The notes: generated from the sequence alone by a model not told the origin. 63,882 bases of DNA, filler included, from Acidimicrobiia bacterium (GCA_041577335.1; 3 parts of 3 records of this genome joined end to end with filler, not necessarily neighbours in it), one strand, 5' to 3'. Positions 18,790 to 28,624 are shown, counted from the whole stretch's first letter. Program-made: numbers and translations.

Positions 18790-20527
18790 GCGACCTGCCC
18801 AAGGTCAAACCGTGCCCGAGCGGGTACCGCGGCGTTGCCTGCGGGTCATCGAGGTCGGCAGGAGAGCCGGGCCACGGCTGGGGCAGGCGGCCTTCGAATG
18901 GGTCGCGGCCCCGTAGCAAGCCGGGGAGCTCCGTTGCTTCGGTGCCGGGCAGCCATGCCGCGATCACCGCGTCGGCACGGGAGAGAATGTCTTCGATCAG
19001 CACGGGCCGACCGGAGAACACGACGACCACCAGCCGTCTGCACAGTGTGCGCATTCGTTCGAACACCTCGCGATCCGACGCTCGCACATCAGGCGCGGCC
19101 CGGTCTCCCGGGCCCTCGGCGTACGGCTCCTCGGCGATGCAGACGATCCCGATGTCGACGGGATCATCGTCGGCAAAACGCCCGTCTGGCGAGTAGTGGA
19201 CGTCGGCCGATTCGGCCTCGAATGCTTGGCGAAGCGTCGTGCCCGAGGTGATGGGTCCGGGTGCTCCCTGCCATTCAACGGTCCAGCCTCCGCACTGAAG
19301 GCCGATGTCGTCGGCAGCCTCGCCCGCCAGGTAGATCGGTCCAGCGGTCGGCTGAAGGGGGAGGGTCCGGTCGTTCGACAGCAGGACTGCACTGCGTCGA
19401 GCAGCTTCCGCCCCCAGCTCGCGGTGTTCGGCCGCGCCGACGACACTCAGGGACGGGCGTTCGTCACCCTCGCCGAGTGCAGCCTTGGCGGCGAGGATGC
19501 GGCGGACGGCGTCGTCGATGCGATCTTGCGGGATCCGTCCGTCGGCGACCGCCTCCGTTGTCACGGCGATGAAACGCTTGAAATCGAAGGGGACCATCAC
19601 CATGTCGATACCGGCGTTGATGGCGGCCACTACGGAAGCCGCATAACTGGGGTCGATCTGGTCGAGCCCCATCCAGTCAGTGACCACAAATCCGTCGAAG
19701 CCCAATTCGCCCTTGAGCACATCGGTCAGGAGTTGGCGATGGCCATGGAGCTTCTCGCCGTTCCATGAGCTATAGGACGCCATCACGGTGTGGGCCCCCG
19801 CCGCCACGCCGGCGGCGTAAGGAGGGAGGTGCTGGGATCGCAGGACATCTTCCGAGGCCCGGAAGTCGCCCTGGTCGATCTGCCACTCACCGCCCCAGTT
19901 CGTCCACCATTCGACCCATTGTGGTCTGGTCACGGATCCCCATTGGGTGCCGCCGTCGCCCACGAAGTGCTTGAGGCACGCCAAGATGGGGCTTGCTCCC
20001 GGCCCTGGTTGTTGGAGTCCCTCGACCAGCGCTGCGCCGAGCTGCGCCACGGTGCCAGGGTCGCGACTGAATCCTTCGTAGGTGCGTCCCCAGCGGATGT
20101 CTTGGGGAACGGCGACGGTGGGGGCGAACGTCCACCGTACGCCGGTGGCAGCTACTTCTCGGGCGGTGGCCTGGCCGATCCGTCTGACCAGCTCCGGGTC
20201 GCCGGCGGCACCGAGACCGATGTTGTGCGGGAAGATGGTGGCTCCTCGGACGTTGCTGTGGCCGTGCACGGCGTCGACGCCATAGAGGAGGGGGATTCCG
20301 AGGCGGGTGCTGCGAGCCGGCTCCAGGTAGCTCTCCACCATGTCCGCCCACGATGCAGGGTCGTTGGTGGGCGGGTTGCCGCCTCCGCCACTCAAGATCG
20401 ACCCGATGGCGTGGTCGGCGACTTCGGCCGGAGTGATGCTGCCCTTGTTGACCTGGGTCATCTGCCCGATCTTCTCGGGCAGCGTCATGTCGGCGACGAG
20501 TTGGGCGATTGTTCCTTCGAGCTTCAA
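18782..20527 (-). CDS. Cytoplasmic GH3 beta-glucosidase
   Basis: MTLPEKIGQM, GVDAVHGH, QDIRWGRTYEG, KHFVGDG, VVTDW. Probable start is TTG 20527 after AAGGA; the longer track N-terminus overlaps the upstream gene. Confidence 0.9.
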   Translation of the reverse strand: MKLEGTIAQLVADMTLPEKIGQMTQVNKGSITPAEVADHAIGSILSGGGGNPPTNDPASWADMVESYLEPARSTRLGIPLLYGVDAVHGHSNVRGATIFPHNIGLGAAGDPELVRRIGQATAREVAATGVRWTFAPTVAVPQDIRWGRTYEGFSRDPGTVAQLGAALVEGLQQPGPGASPILACLKHFVGDGGTQWGSVTRPQWVEWWTNWGGEWQIDQGDFRASEDVLRSQHLPPYAAGVAAGAHTVMASYSSWNGEKLHGHRQLLTDVLKGELGFDGFVVTDWMGLDQIDPSYAASVVAAINAGIDMVMVPFDFKRFIAVTTEAVADGRIPQDRIDDAVRRILAAKAALGEGDERPSLSVVGAAEHRELGAEAARRSAVLLSNDRTLPLQPTAGPIYLAGEAADDIGLQCGGWTVEWQGAPGPITSGTTLRQAFEAESADVHYSPDGRFADDDPVDIGIVCIAEEPYAEGPGDRAAPDVRASDREVFERMRTLCRRLVVVVFSGRPVLIEDILSRADAVIAAWLPGTEATELPGLLRGRDPFEGRLPQPWPGSPADLDDPQATPRYPLGHGLTLGRSHG

Positions 20528-20555
20528 AGCAAGATCCTTTGTGTTCCCCTCAGAC

Positions 20556-20589
20556 GCGGGTTCCGGCCGAGCTACCGGCCGGAACCCGC
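20556..20589 (-). terminator. Perfect 14-bp inverted repeat after the GH16 gene
   Basis: GCGGGTTCCGGCCG-N6-CGGCCGGAACCCGC. Confidence 0.65.
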
Positions 20590-20604
20590 CACGAGGGTAG
20601 GAGG

Positions 20605-22120
20605 TCACTCCAACTCGAACGACCCGACATCGCAGCCCAACCCTTGAGGTCGAGCCACGCCGCGCTGGTCGGTGGCCGGACATGCCCCCACCGCGGCGTC
20701 GATCGCCGGGCTTCCGGCCAGTAGAGCGTGCGTCAGGGTCGGTCCGCCATTGTTTGCGAGAACATCGACCTGAGCGCCGCCTGGACCCACGTCCTGGTCG
20801 CTGCCGATGAGCGAGCACGACCCATCGGTGTTGACGTTCCCACCGAGCGAGGTCAGCACCGCAGCCCCGCCGCCTTCGATCTGGCAGTTGTATGTGCCGT
20901 TGTCGGCGATGATGTTGTCCTCGATGGTCACGGTGACAGGGGCACCGAACGTAGCCACCATCAGGCCGCCTGCAGTACCTGCCGGCGCGTTGTTCCCAAC
21001 GATTGTGCTGTTCGAGATCGTGACGTTCCCATCGGTCAGGAACATCGCGCCACCATGCCACGCCGTCGACGTGTTGCCGCTGAACGTGCTGTTGACGATC
21101 GTCGAGTCTCCAAGCGAGCGCAGCCCACCTGCGACGTCGCCGCTGACGTTGCCGCTCACCGTGCTGCGGGTGATGGTGATCGTCGAGTTGAAGAACCCGT
21201 AAACACCACCACCGGGCTGGTTCAGCGACGTGTTGTCGCTGACCGTGCTGTCGGTGAGGTTCAAGACCGCCCCGTCTCCGTTGTAGATGCCGCCGCCACC
21301 GAAGGCGAAATTCGCCGGACCGGCACTGTTCTCCGTGTTGTTCGTAACGACCACCCTCTCGAGGCTGAGCTCACCATTGTTGAGGATGCCACCGCCGGTG
21401 GGTCCGGCAGCGCCGTCGCGCACGACGAGATCGTTCATGGAGACCACAGCGCCGGCCACGACGTCGAACACGCGCGATGCGTCGCCGCCGCTTATCGTCA
21501 CGGGAGCCGCCCCAGACGCGTCGACGGTCACGGAACGGTCCACGAGCAACTGTCCCGACGACAACGCCACCGTCCCTCCGGCGAGTCCTGGATCGAACGT
21601 GATCGTGCCGCCGTCAGCGATGAGCCCGAGGGCCTCACGAAGTGAGCCGGGCCCGCTGTCGTCGAGGTTGGTCACCACCAACTCGGTCGGCGGCGGAATC
21701 GGTGTCCGCCGGACGTAGTCGATGCGGGCCTCGCCGCTGGCCGTTCCGTTCGGGAACCCGAGGCTGTAACCCCAGACCTCGGTCAGGCCGAGACCGTCGT
21801 CGGGCGCACCGGCCGGTTGGTCGTCGCTGCGGACGAAGTCGGTCACCGGGATCGAAACCTCGGTCCAGCCCGCCACGTCGTCGGTGAACGATGTCTCGAA
21901 CCGCTCGGCGGTGTCGGGACCCTGGTACACCCGGACGTAGTCGACCAGGTACTCCTGCGGGTAGGTATTGAGGGGATCGACCGCGCCTCCGAAGTTACCT
22001 CCGATGGCGAAGTTGAGCAGCAGGAAGAACGGCTTGTCGAACACCCACGGCCCGGGCACGTCGGACGGCTCCGCCTGATGGTATTGGATGCCGTCGACGT
22101 ACCAGGTGATCAGGTTCGGC
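20605..22120 (-). CDS. Multidomain GH16 laminarinase-like protein (5' part lost at the contig end) with a CBM11-like segment and a beta-helix/choice-of-anchor Q tail
   Basis: ITWYVDG..WVFDKPFFLLLNFAIGGNFGG..YPQEYLVDYVRVYQ (GH16 C-terminus), DSGPGSLREAL, GGGIYN repeats, LANNGGPTLTHALLAGSPAIDA..DQRGVARPQ..CDVGSFE. Confidence 0.85.
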
Positions 22121-22220
22121 NNNNNNNNNNNNNNNNNNNNNNNNNNNNNNNNNNNNNNNNNNNNTTAATTAATTAANNNNNNNNNNNNNNNNNNNNNNNN
22201 NNNNNNNNNNNNNNNNNNNN
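22121..22220. other. Artificial contig linker
   Basis: N44-TTAATTAATTAA-N44; the central 12-mer has stops in all six frames. Confidence 0.98.
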
Positions 22221-24143
22221 CGAGGGAGGAGACGATGCCGCGGAAGGCTCGGGGCGGACATCGTCTCCTCCGGACGCAGCGCGCCGGTCCGCGAGGATCA
22301 GCCGGGCTACGTCCGGGGCCCAGCCCCGGTCGGTGCGGCGGAGTTCGACGGTTGGGCTATCGGCGAGCGCTGCGCGTCTGATGCCGCGCTCCCGTTCGGC
22401 GAGCGCAGAGCCGTCGAACGACGTGCCGAGAAAGTCCTCGATCTTGGAGTACGGCGGGAACCCGAAGGCGTCGGCTGTGTTGGCGGCGAGGACGTCGTCA
22501 GCCTCAACGTCCGTCAGCATCCGCTTGCCCTCTTCGTCGCCGAGGACGATGACGAACATGCCTGCGAGCCGCGATGCCTCGCCGATGCGAACGCCGTTGA
22601 TCAGCCGCCCGACGCGGTACTTCGGCGGCGGCACCACGATCTGCGCGACGGCGTTGATTGTGGCCATCGGCAAGGGAAGGCGGGTCATGGCAAACGCTAC
22701 CTTGCGCCCACCGCGGGAGTGGATACGGCTCTGTAATGGCAGCACGAGCCGCTCCTTGCGCCGCAGGTTGTGTTTCCGGACGGCGGACACCGTATGCGCG
22801 CTGATCGTCATCGGCTTCGGGTAGGCGAGGACTTGGCCGTTGGGATCCACCAGGGCGAGATCATCGCCAAGGAACTCGACACCCTCCTCTGCGAGCGCCT
22901 CGAGCAGCATCAGCGTGGTGGTGGTTTTGCCGGTGTCGGTGCGAGCTGTGATTAGGTATGCGCGATCATCAATCGAGACGCAGGCGCCGTGAACCAGGGC
23001 ATAGCCCCGCTCGACGAATGCCCAACGCAGCACGGGCTCGACCACGTTGGTGTACAAAACGTGAGGCGACGATTTGAGCAGCCGGCTGGCACGGATATTG
23101 GTGAGCGCATGCTCCCGGTCGATCTCGACGACGAATCCCATCCTTCGGAACACTTCCCTGTATACCAATCCTTGGGCGGTCGACCGTCTCCGGATGGGCC
23201 GCTCGATCGATACTTGGATGTCGGGTGGGCCTACCGGCCTGCGCACCTGGAAGCGATCCAACTCGGGGAGGCGCGCCTCTGATTCCAATCGGATGAGCCC
23301 GTGGATGTCATACGACCACACGCGTGGAGCGCGCGGCGCCGAGGTACGCAGCCGAAGCAGGTGGCGAAGGAACCTGCCTGCCTCACGCACCGACGCCTTG
23401 CTCTCGCCGGCGTTCCGGGTCCCGAACTCGAAGCCCACCTCGAGCAGGCGCAGTGCCGGGTTTCGGACGAGGATCTCGAGCAGGATCTTGAACCCATGAG
23501 GTCGCAGAGATTCGAGCGATAGTGCACGCCGGTCGACGAGGAAGAAGCCCGTCATCGGGTCCTTTACCCGGCCGGCCCGGCGCGGGAATGACAGCCGGGC
23601 GAGCGACGTGAGGCCGAGCGAGGCAGCAAGACGCAGTGGGCCGGAGAGTCCTCTGGAATCCCCGCCGGCGGAGTAGCGACTGGCAACGACCGCGTCAACG
23701 TCCGTCGATGCGGCCCGGTCGAACATTTCCCGCACCGTGCTAGGTGGATGCTGGAGGTCGCCGTCCATCACGACGACCCAGTCGTATGCAGCAGCCCGAA
23801 TGCCGGCGACGACTGCAGTGCTCAGCCCTCCCGCCCGGTCCTCTGGCTCACGATGGATGAGCGTGACCGGAATGGGCGACACCCGGGCTACGGCTGCGAT
23901 CGCCGCCGGCGTCTCGTCCGAGCTGTCGTCAACGAACAGGATCTCGCCGACGATGTCTATCAATCCCTGAGCGATCGCATTGACCAGCGTGGCGATGTTG
24001 AGAACTTCGTCGCGGGTCGGGACCACTACCGACACCAACCCCGGGGTCAGATGCCGGTGCCGGGTCACCGGCAGGTCCCTCGATGGATCGCTCGATAGAT
24101 CGCGGTTATTCGGCGCGGTCCCACGGCCAGCGCGTACCAACAT
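22221..24143 (-). CDS. GT2 polyprenol-phosphate mannosyltransferase-like domain fused to an HprK-related P-loop domain (3' end runs into the gap)
   Basis: VSVVVPTRDE, FVDDSSD, VMDGDLQHPP, DPMTGFF, GFKILLE, GESK, then LVHGACV..ITARTDTGKTTT..FLGDD. SD GGGAGG. Confidence 0.85.
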
Positions 24144-24197
24144 ATTGCCTCCCAGCGTGTGTCTAGCCCTATGAGGTGGGACTATGACCGCGGCGCG

Positions 24198-24278
24198 TGG
24201 CGGCGTCTATGACATTCCGTGGCAGAGTGCCGACAAGCTGGATGGCAGACAGTGGCCAACACCTGGCGAGATCGGCAG
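24198..24278. repeat. Phased array of degenerate YGRCnn (TGGCAG-like) hexamers, candidate operator array
   Basis: TGGCGG 24198, TGACAT 24210, TGGCAG 24220, CGACAA 24231, TGGCAG 24243, TGGCCA 24253, TGGCGA 24264, CGGCAG 24273. Spacing is 9-12 nt. Confidence 0.5.
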
Positions 24279-24337
24279 AAGCACGTGCCCCGGCCAGTGT
24301 GGGTGGACAAACCCCATCCGCAGCGGTGACCCCGCCT

Positions 24338-24955
24338 CTAGGTAATGGACACCTCGTCTTCGAAAAGGTCGAGTCGTTGGGCGGCCATCAGGGCGTCGAC
24401 GCGGTTGCGAGCGCCGAGTAGGCCGTAGATCGTGTCGAGTTTTCGGAACATCGTCCGCTCGGAGTAGCCGACTCTCTTGGCGAGGTCCGCAACCGTGTGC
24501 CCGTCCGCCAGGTACCGGAGCCACTGCGCTTGCTCGGGGGAGACGCTTGTGTCCCCCTGAGGGGCCGGCTCAGACAGTTGGCCCAACTGGCGAAGCACCG
24601 ACACCGGGATCAACGCATGCCCTTCCAAAGCGTGAAGGAGGATGTCGACAATCCTTTCCGGAGGGGCATCCCAATCGGCTACTCCGGTGGCGCCTGCGTC
24701 GATCGCCTGGGCTATTCCCGCGAGCTCCATACTCGGGATCAACCCAACGACGGTCAGCGAGTCCGCCAGCTGCACGACCGTAGCCAGGGAGCCTGCGTCT
24801 ACCAGGCCGACCAGGGCGGCGGCGGCTCTCCCGCTGGCTACCCATTCTGCGACATCCGCCGGTTCGACGGCCTCGTACCCGGCGGCGTCGAGCGCGCCCG
24901 CCAGGCCGCGACGATAGGCGGCAGCAGACACGATGATCCCAACCTGATCAGGCAC
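24338..24955 (-). CDS. Atypical NarL/LuxR-family response regulator
   Basis: C-terminal HTH WLRYLADGHTVADLAKRVGYSERTMFRKL..LGARNR and a degenerate receiver domain. GTG 24955 follows a purine-rich SD. Confidence 0.82.
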   Translation of the reverse strand: MPDQVGIIVSAAAYRRGLAGALDAAGYEAVEPADVAEWVASGRAAAALVGLVDAGSLATVVQLADSLTVVGLIPSMELAGIAQAIDAGATGVADWDAPPERIVDILLHALEGHALIPVSVLRQLGQLSEPAPQGDTSVSPEQAQWLRYLADGHTVADLAKRVGYSERTMFRKLDTIYGLLGARNRVDALMAAQRLDLFEDEVSIT

Positions 24956-25256
24956 CCATCCCACCCTTTCAGCATACGCTGGGAGAGAGTGATGAGCGCT
25001 CTCTCGGGGCGGCGAGATTCTCAACTGTGGCCTACGCCGTCTGCTCGGTAGTACAAACAGGCCTGCACGCCGGCTCCTGCGTATCTAGCCCAGAGGCGAG
25101 GGGCGGCTCCTCATAATGCGGGCGTAGTAACAGCGGCGCCGACCGTCAGCTTCCGCCACGACTACCATCATCCATGACGCACGGCCCAGCGGAATTGGAG
25201 AGGCGAAGCCGATCAGGCCGCCAATACGGTCGATCCGCCCGGTACCCTCCCGGCAT

Positions 25257-26057
25257 ATGCCTGACACCCTGTTCATTCCTGATGGCGATCACTATCTGCC
25301 CACCGAGCTGACCCGGGGCGGATGGTCGGACCTCGCTCAGCACGGCAGCCCGCCGTCGGGACTGCTCGCCGCTGCCATCGAGAGTGTCTCCACCGTGGCG
25401 CCGATGCAGGTCGCTCGCTTCACAATCGATCTCTTCCGCCCCGTGCCGCTCGAACCGCTCCGAGTAGAGACACACGTCCTACGTGACGGCAAACGCATCC
25501 AGGTGGTCGAAGCGATCCTGCGCCATGGCGATATCGAGGTCGGCCGGGCGACTGCACTCAAGATCCGCACCGCCGAGGTCGAACTCCCCGACGTCGAGAA
25601 GGAGCCGTGGGAGCAGCCTCCGCCACCGGACGAGGCGAAGCCGATCGAGGACTTCTGGACGTTCGCTACGAACCTGACTCGATTCCACAGGGACGCAGTG
25701 GAGATCCGCACGATCGACGGCAGCTTCACGAAGTACGGCCCGGGGGTCTCATGGTTCCGGCTCAAGCACCCAGTGATCGCCGGGCAGGAAACGACGCCGT
25801 TCGTGCGGCTGGCCACGCTCGCCGACATGTCGAACGGCAACTCCCAGGCGCTCGACCCGGAGGCGTACCTCTACGTCAACCCCGACATCACGCTGTACGC
25901 CCACCGGCTTCCCCTCGGCGAGTGGGTCGGCATGAAGTCGGCCGCCCACCAACACCGCTCCGGCATCGGCCTCGCCGACACCCGCGTCTTCGACGAGACG
26001 GGACCGCTCGGCAGGATCAACCAAGCCCAGCTCGTCGACAAGCTGAGGGGTGGCTGA
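25257..26057 (+). CDS. Acyl-CoA thioesterase-like (double hotdog) protein
   Basis: PTELTRGGWS..QHGSPP, RFTIDLFRPVP, RDGKRIQ, LADMSNG, NPDIT. Confidence 0.88.
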   Translation: MPDTLFIPDGDHYLPTELTRGGWSDLAQHGSPPSGLLAAAIESVSTVAPMQVARFTIDLFRPVPLEPLRVETHVLRDGKRIQVVEAILRHGDIEVGRATALKIRTAEVELPDVEKEPWEQPPPPDEAKPIEDFWTFATNLTRFHRDAVEIRTIDGSFTKYGPGVSWFRLKHPVIAGQETTPFVRLATLADMSNGNSQALDPEAYLYVNPDITLYAHRLPLGEWVGMKSAAHQHRSGIGLADTRVFDETGPLGRINQAQLVDKLRGG

Positions 26058-26177
26058 GGCAGCCCCAACCGCCCATGTCGCCGACGGCAACGGATGATCG
26101 AGCAATCCGGACGAGGTAGCGGTGACCAGACCGAAGCGTGCGGTGGTCACAGCCGCCTGGACAGGGCTGGCCGTCTC

Positions 26178-26666
26178 TCAACCGGCTGAACCAGTGGGGT
26201 AACGATCGCGCACCACGGAGAGGACAATGCCGTGTTCGAGGAAAGCTTTGAGAGCACACAGCATGAGTGAGAACCCACCGGTGGAATCGGCCAGCCACGC
26301 CGCAAGATCGTCTCCGCTGCCGTCGAAGCCACGCTCGGAAATCTCGACGTAGGTCCAGTTCTCTCCCCAGCGCTCGAGTGTGATCTCAACCGGCCGGAAG
26401 ACTTCGCCGCCGCCCCATTCGATGAGAATCCTCGAGTTGGCTTCTACTTCTCTCACCAAGACCTTGACGACCACCCCGTACATCTCCCATTCCCAGGTCA
26501 GGGTTGCTCCGGCTTCGACGGCGCCGCTGCTCTTCGTGAACCAGAACTGGGTGGTATTGGCCGGGTTGACGAGAGCCGAGAACACGTCCTCGCGAGGTCT
26601 GCGGATTCCCATGCCCACGTTCACGTAGGGGACCGAGGTAAGCGTCAGAGGGTTGTCTGCGATCAC
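26178..26666 (-). CDS. SRPBCC/AHSA1-like protein
   Basis: IRRPREDVFSALVNP..TTQFWF..WEWEMY..DSTGGF..LKAFLEHG. TAGGCT-N6-GTG. Confidence 0.85.
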   Translation of the reverse strand: MIADNPLTLTSVPYVNVGMGIRRPREDVFSALVNPANTTQFWFTKSSGAVEAGATLTWEWEMYGVVVKVLVREVEANSRILIEWGGGEVFRPVEITLERWGENWTYVEISERGFDGSGDDLAAWLADSTGGFSLMLCALKAFLEHGIVLSVVRDRYPTGSAG

Positions 26667-26765
26667 AGGACAAGCCTATCGATGGCGCACCAGCCGGAGC
26701 AACGAATTCAGAAGTACACATGTGCGCCCTGATATGGTGGGCCGCCATTCCAAGAAGGAGGCGAG

Positions 26766-27614
26766 ATGAGCGGCGTCGACTACACCCAGGCGCTAGAGGG
26801 GGCGTCGAAAACGGTCACTCGAGCCGACGGGTCCAAGCTCCACACCGTTGCCCTTGGTTCGGGTGGACGACCGGTGCTTCTCGCGCACGGTTACGGATTC
26901 ACCGCCGACGAATGGAATCTCGTTGCGCCTTCACTCGCGGAGCGAGGGTTGCAGGTGATTGCCTTCGATCAGAGGGGCCACGGTCGTTCCACAATCGGCA
27001 CAGACGGGATCGGCTCCCTCCAGATGGCGTCGGACTACGGGGCCATCCTCGAAGCCTACGCCGCACGAAATGCCATCCTCGTCGGGCATTCCATGGGTGG
27101 GTTTCTCGGAATCACCTTCCTCGTCGAGCGCCTGGAGGGTGCTGACCGTGTGGGGGCGGCCCTGCTGATGGCAACCTTTGCCGGCGACGTCAACCGCGAG
27201 AACCCACAGAACCGTCTTCAGATCCCGCTCATCAAGTCAGGAATCCTCGTCAAGATGCTCGGGATCGGGGCCGTGGGAACCCTCTTCACGAAGAGCCTCA
27301 CCGGCGACGACTACGTGCCGGGATATGCGGATGCCTTCGTCCCGACGTTCCGCGCCCAGGATCACCGATCGCTCGTGCCCATCCTGCAGGCGCTCGTAGA
27401 CGAAAATCGGTACGACAAGCTTGGTGAGATCGATCTCCCGTGCACGGTCGTCGTAGGCTCGAAAGACGCCACCACTCCGCCATTCCATACCGCCGATCTT
27501 CACGCGGGCATCCCCGGTTCGAGTCTCGTCACGCTCGACGGCAAGGGGCATTCTCTCAACTGGGAGGCCCCGGAAGCCATCGTCGAGGAGATCGTCAAGC
27601 TGGCAGCCGCCTGA
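26766..27614 (+). CDS. Alpha/beta hydrolase
   Basis: LAHGY, FDQRGHGRS, GHSMGG, VVGSKD, GH near the C-terminus. Confidence 0.92.
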   Translation: MSGVDYTQALEGASKTVTRADGSKLHTVALGSGGRPVLLAHGYGFTADEWNLVAPSLAERGLQVIAFDQRGHGRSTIGTDGIGSLQMASDYGAILEAYAARNAILVGHSMGGFLGITFLVERLEGADRVGAALLMATFAGDVNRENPQNRLQIPLIKSGILVKMLGIGAVGTLFTKSLTGDDYVPGYADAFVPTFRAQDHRSLVPILQALVDENRYDKLGEIDLPCTVVVGSKDATTPPFHTADLHAGIPGSSLVTLDGKGHSLNWEAPEAIVEEIVKLAAA

Positions 27615-27655
27615 CCCGCGGTCCGCGATTTCGGAATGGAACTCGTCGAACGAGA

Positions 27656-28150
27656 TCAAGCGCTCTTGTCGCGCATCTCCCGTACGGTGTCATGTGCCTG
27701 CTTCACGCTCGTGTATTGGCTCCTCACCGTGCCACCGAAATCGGTCGGAAGGTTGGTTTCCAATGCTTCCGCGTAGGTAGCCACGGCGTGGTCCTCGCCG
27801 GCCTCGGCCGCTGCGAGGATCGCATGGTCGCCCGAGGTGAGCACGTCCTTGACGCCGATCCATGCTCGATGGAGCTTCGATGCAACCGAGTCGCCGGGTG
27901 CGTCCTCAGCGAGGAATCGCGATCCTGCATCGACGAGCTCATCGGCGAACCGGGTTCGCTCTGCCGCGAAGCTCCGGAACGTTGCGGCATGGTCAGCCCG
28001 CTCGAGCCTGTCAGCCGCTGCGGCAAACCCTTCTGCCGCATCGCGATTCACCTGGATCAGTGATTCGAGTGTCTGCCGGGGCTGCTCGAGGGTGGTTTCA
28101 TCCTGCGGCGTGATGGCGAGGAGTGATTGTTCGGTACGTTCGGCGGCCAT
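27656..28150 (-). CDS. PA2169/DUF2383 ferritin-like four-helix stress protein
   Basis: LIQVNRDAAEGF, LHRAWIGVK, AEAGEDHAVATY. SD AGGAGG. Confidence 0.88.
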   Translation of the reverse strand: MAAERTEQSLLAITPQDETTLEQPRQTLESLIQVNRDAAEGFAAAADRLERADHAATFRSFAAERTRFADELVDAGSRFLAEDAPGDSVASKLHRAWIGVKDVLTSGDHAILAAAEAGEDHAVATYAEALETNLPTDFGGTVRSQYTSVKQAHDTVREMRDKSA

Positions 28151-28187
28151 GGGATCCTCCTATGACATAGTGTGTGATGGCAAAGGC

Positions 28188-28213
28188 ATACCCCGACCTC
28201 CCAGTCACCAAAC
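28188..28213 (-). promoter_or_regulatory. SigB/SigF-type promoter for the PA2169-like gene
   Basis: GTTT-N16-GGGTAT on the minus strand. Confidence 0.65.
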
Positions 28214-28298
28214 ATGAATTGTGGCGGGCACGTTTCGAAAGCCGCGCAGATCAACTATCACCAGATCAACCTTCGCCAGCGGCAGTCGGGTGTGCGAT

Positions 28299-28323
28299 GT
28301 TTGCCGTTTACCCTCGGGGGTAG
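28299..28323 (+). promoter_or_regulatory. SigB/SigF-type promoter for 28357..28587
   Basis: GTTT-N15-GGGTAG. Confidence 0.65.
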
Positions 28324-28356
28324 GACGTACAAGACAAGCCGAACTGGAGGCAGAAA

Positions 28357-28587
28357 ATGAACGCCGCTGAATCATCGACGGTTGAATCGATACGTGACGC
28401 AGAAGAGACCCTATCCAAGGCCCAAGACGCTCTCGATGCCGCACAGGAGGGCCTACACGCCGCTGAAGAGGTGGTGACAAAAGCCAACGAACTGAAGTCC
28501 AGCCCCTGGGTGAAGGTTTCGATTGGTGCCGTACTGGTTCTCGTCATAGCCGGCATCTTGGCGGCGATTCGCAAAAGCAAGGACTGA
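28357..28587 (+). CDS. Small tail-anchored coiled-coil protein
   Basis: SD GGAGG. Acidic helix followed by a single C-terminal TM and a basic tail. Confidence 0.75.
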   Translation: MNAAESSTVESIRDAEETLSKAQDALDAAQEGLHAAEEVVTKANELKSSPWVKVSIGAVLVLVIAGILAAIRKSKD

Positions 28588-28624
28588 CGAGAGCGCCGTC
28601 TCACCGGTGAGAGTCAGATCCTCG

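Noticed and set aside
20528..21061. N-terminal extension of the GH3 ORF in the track
   Set aside because: It overlaps the GH16 gene in another frame and crosses a terminator-like hairpin. TTG 20527 has an SD.
22165..22176. TTAATTAATTAA palindrome, repeated at 43593-43604
   Set aside because: Synthetic six-frame-stop linker inside N runs, not biological.
7051..24143. Idea that the HprK-like domain of the GT2 fusion phosphorylates Ser46 of this HPr
   Set aside because: The genes are on different contigs and the domain is only distantly HprK-like, so nothing links them.
25025..25256. Structured-looking intergenic region considered as an ncRNA or riboswitch
   Set aside because: No recognisable SRP, tRNA or riboswitch consensus. 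An Rfam scan would be needed.
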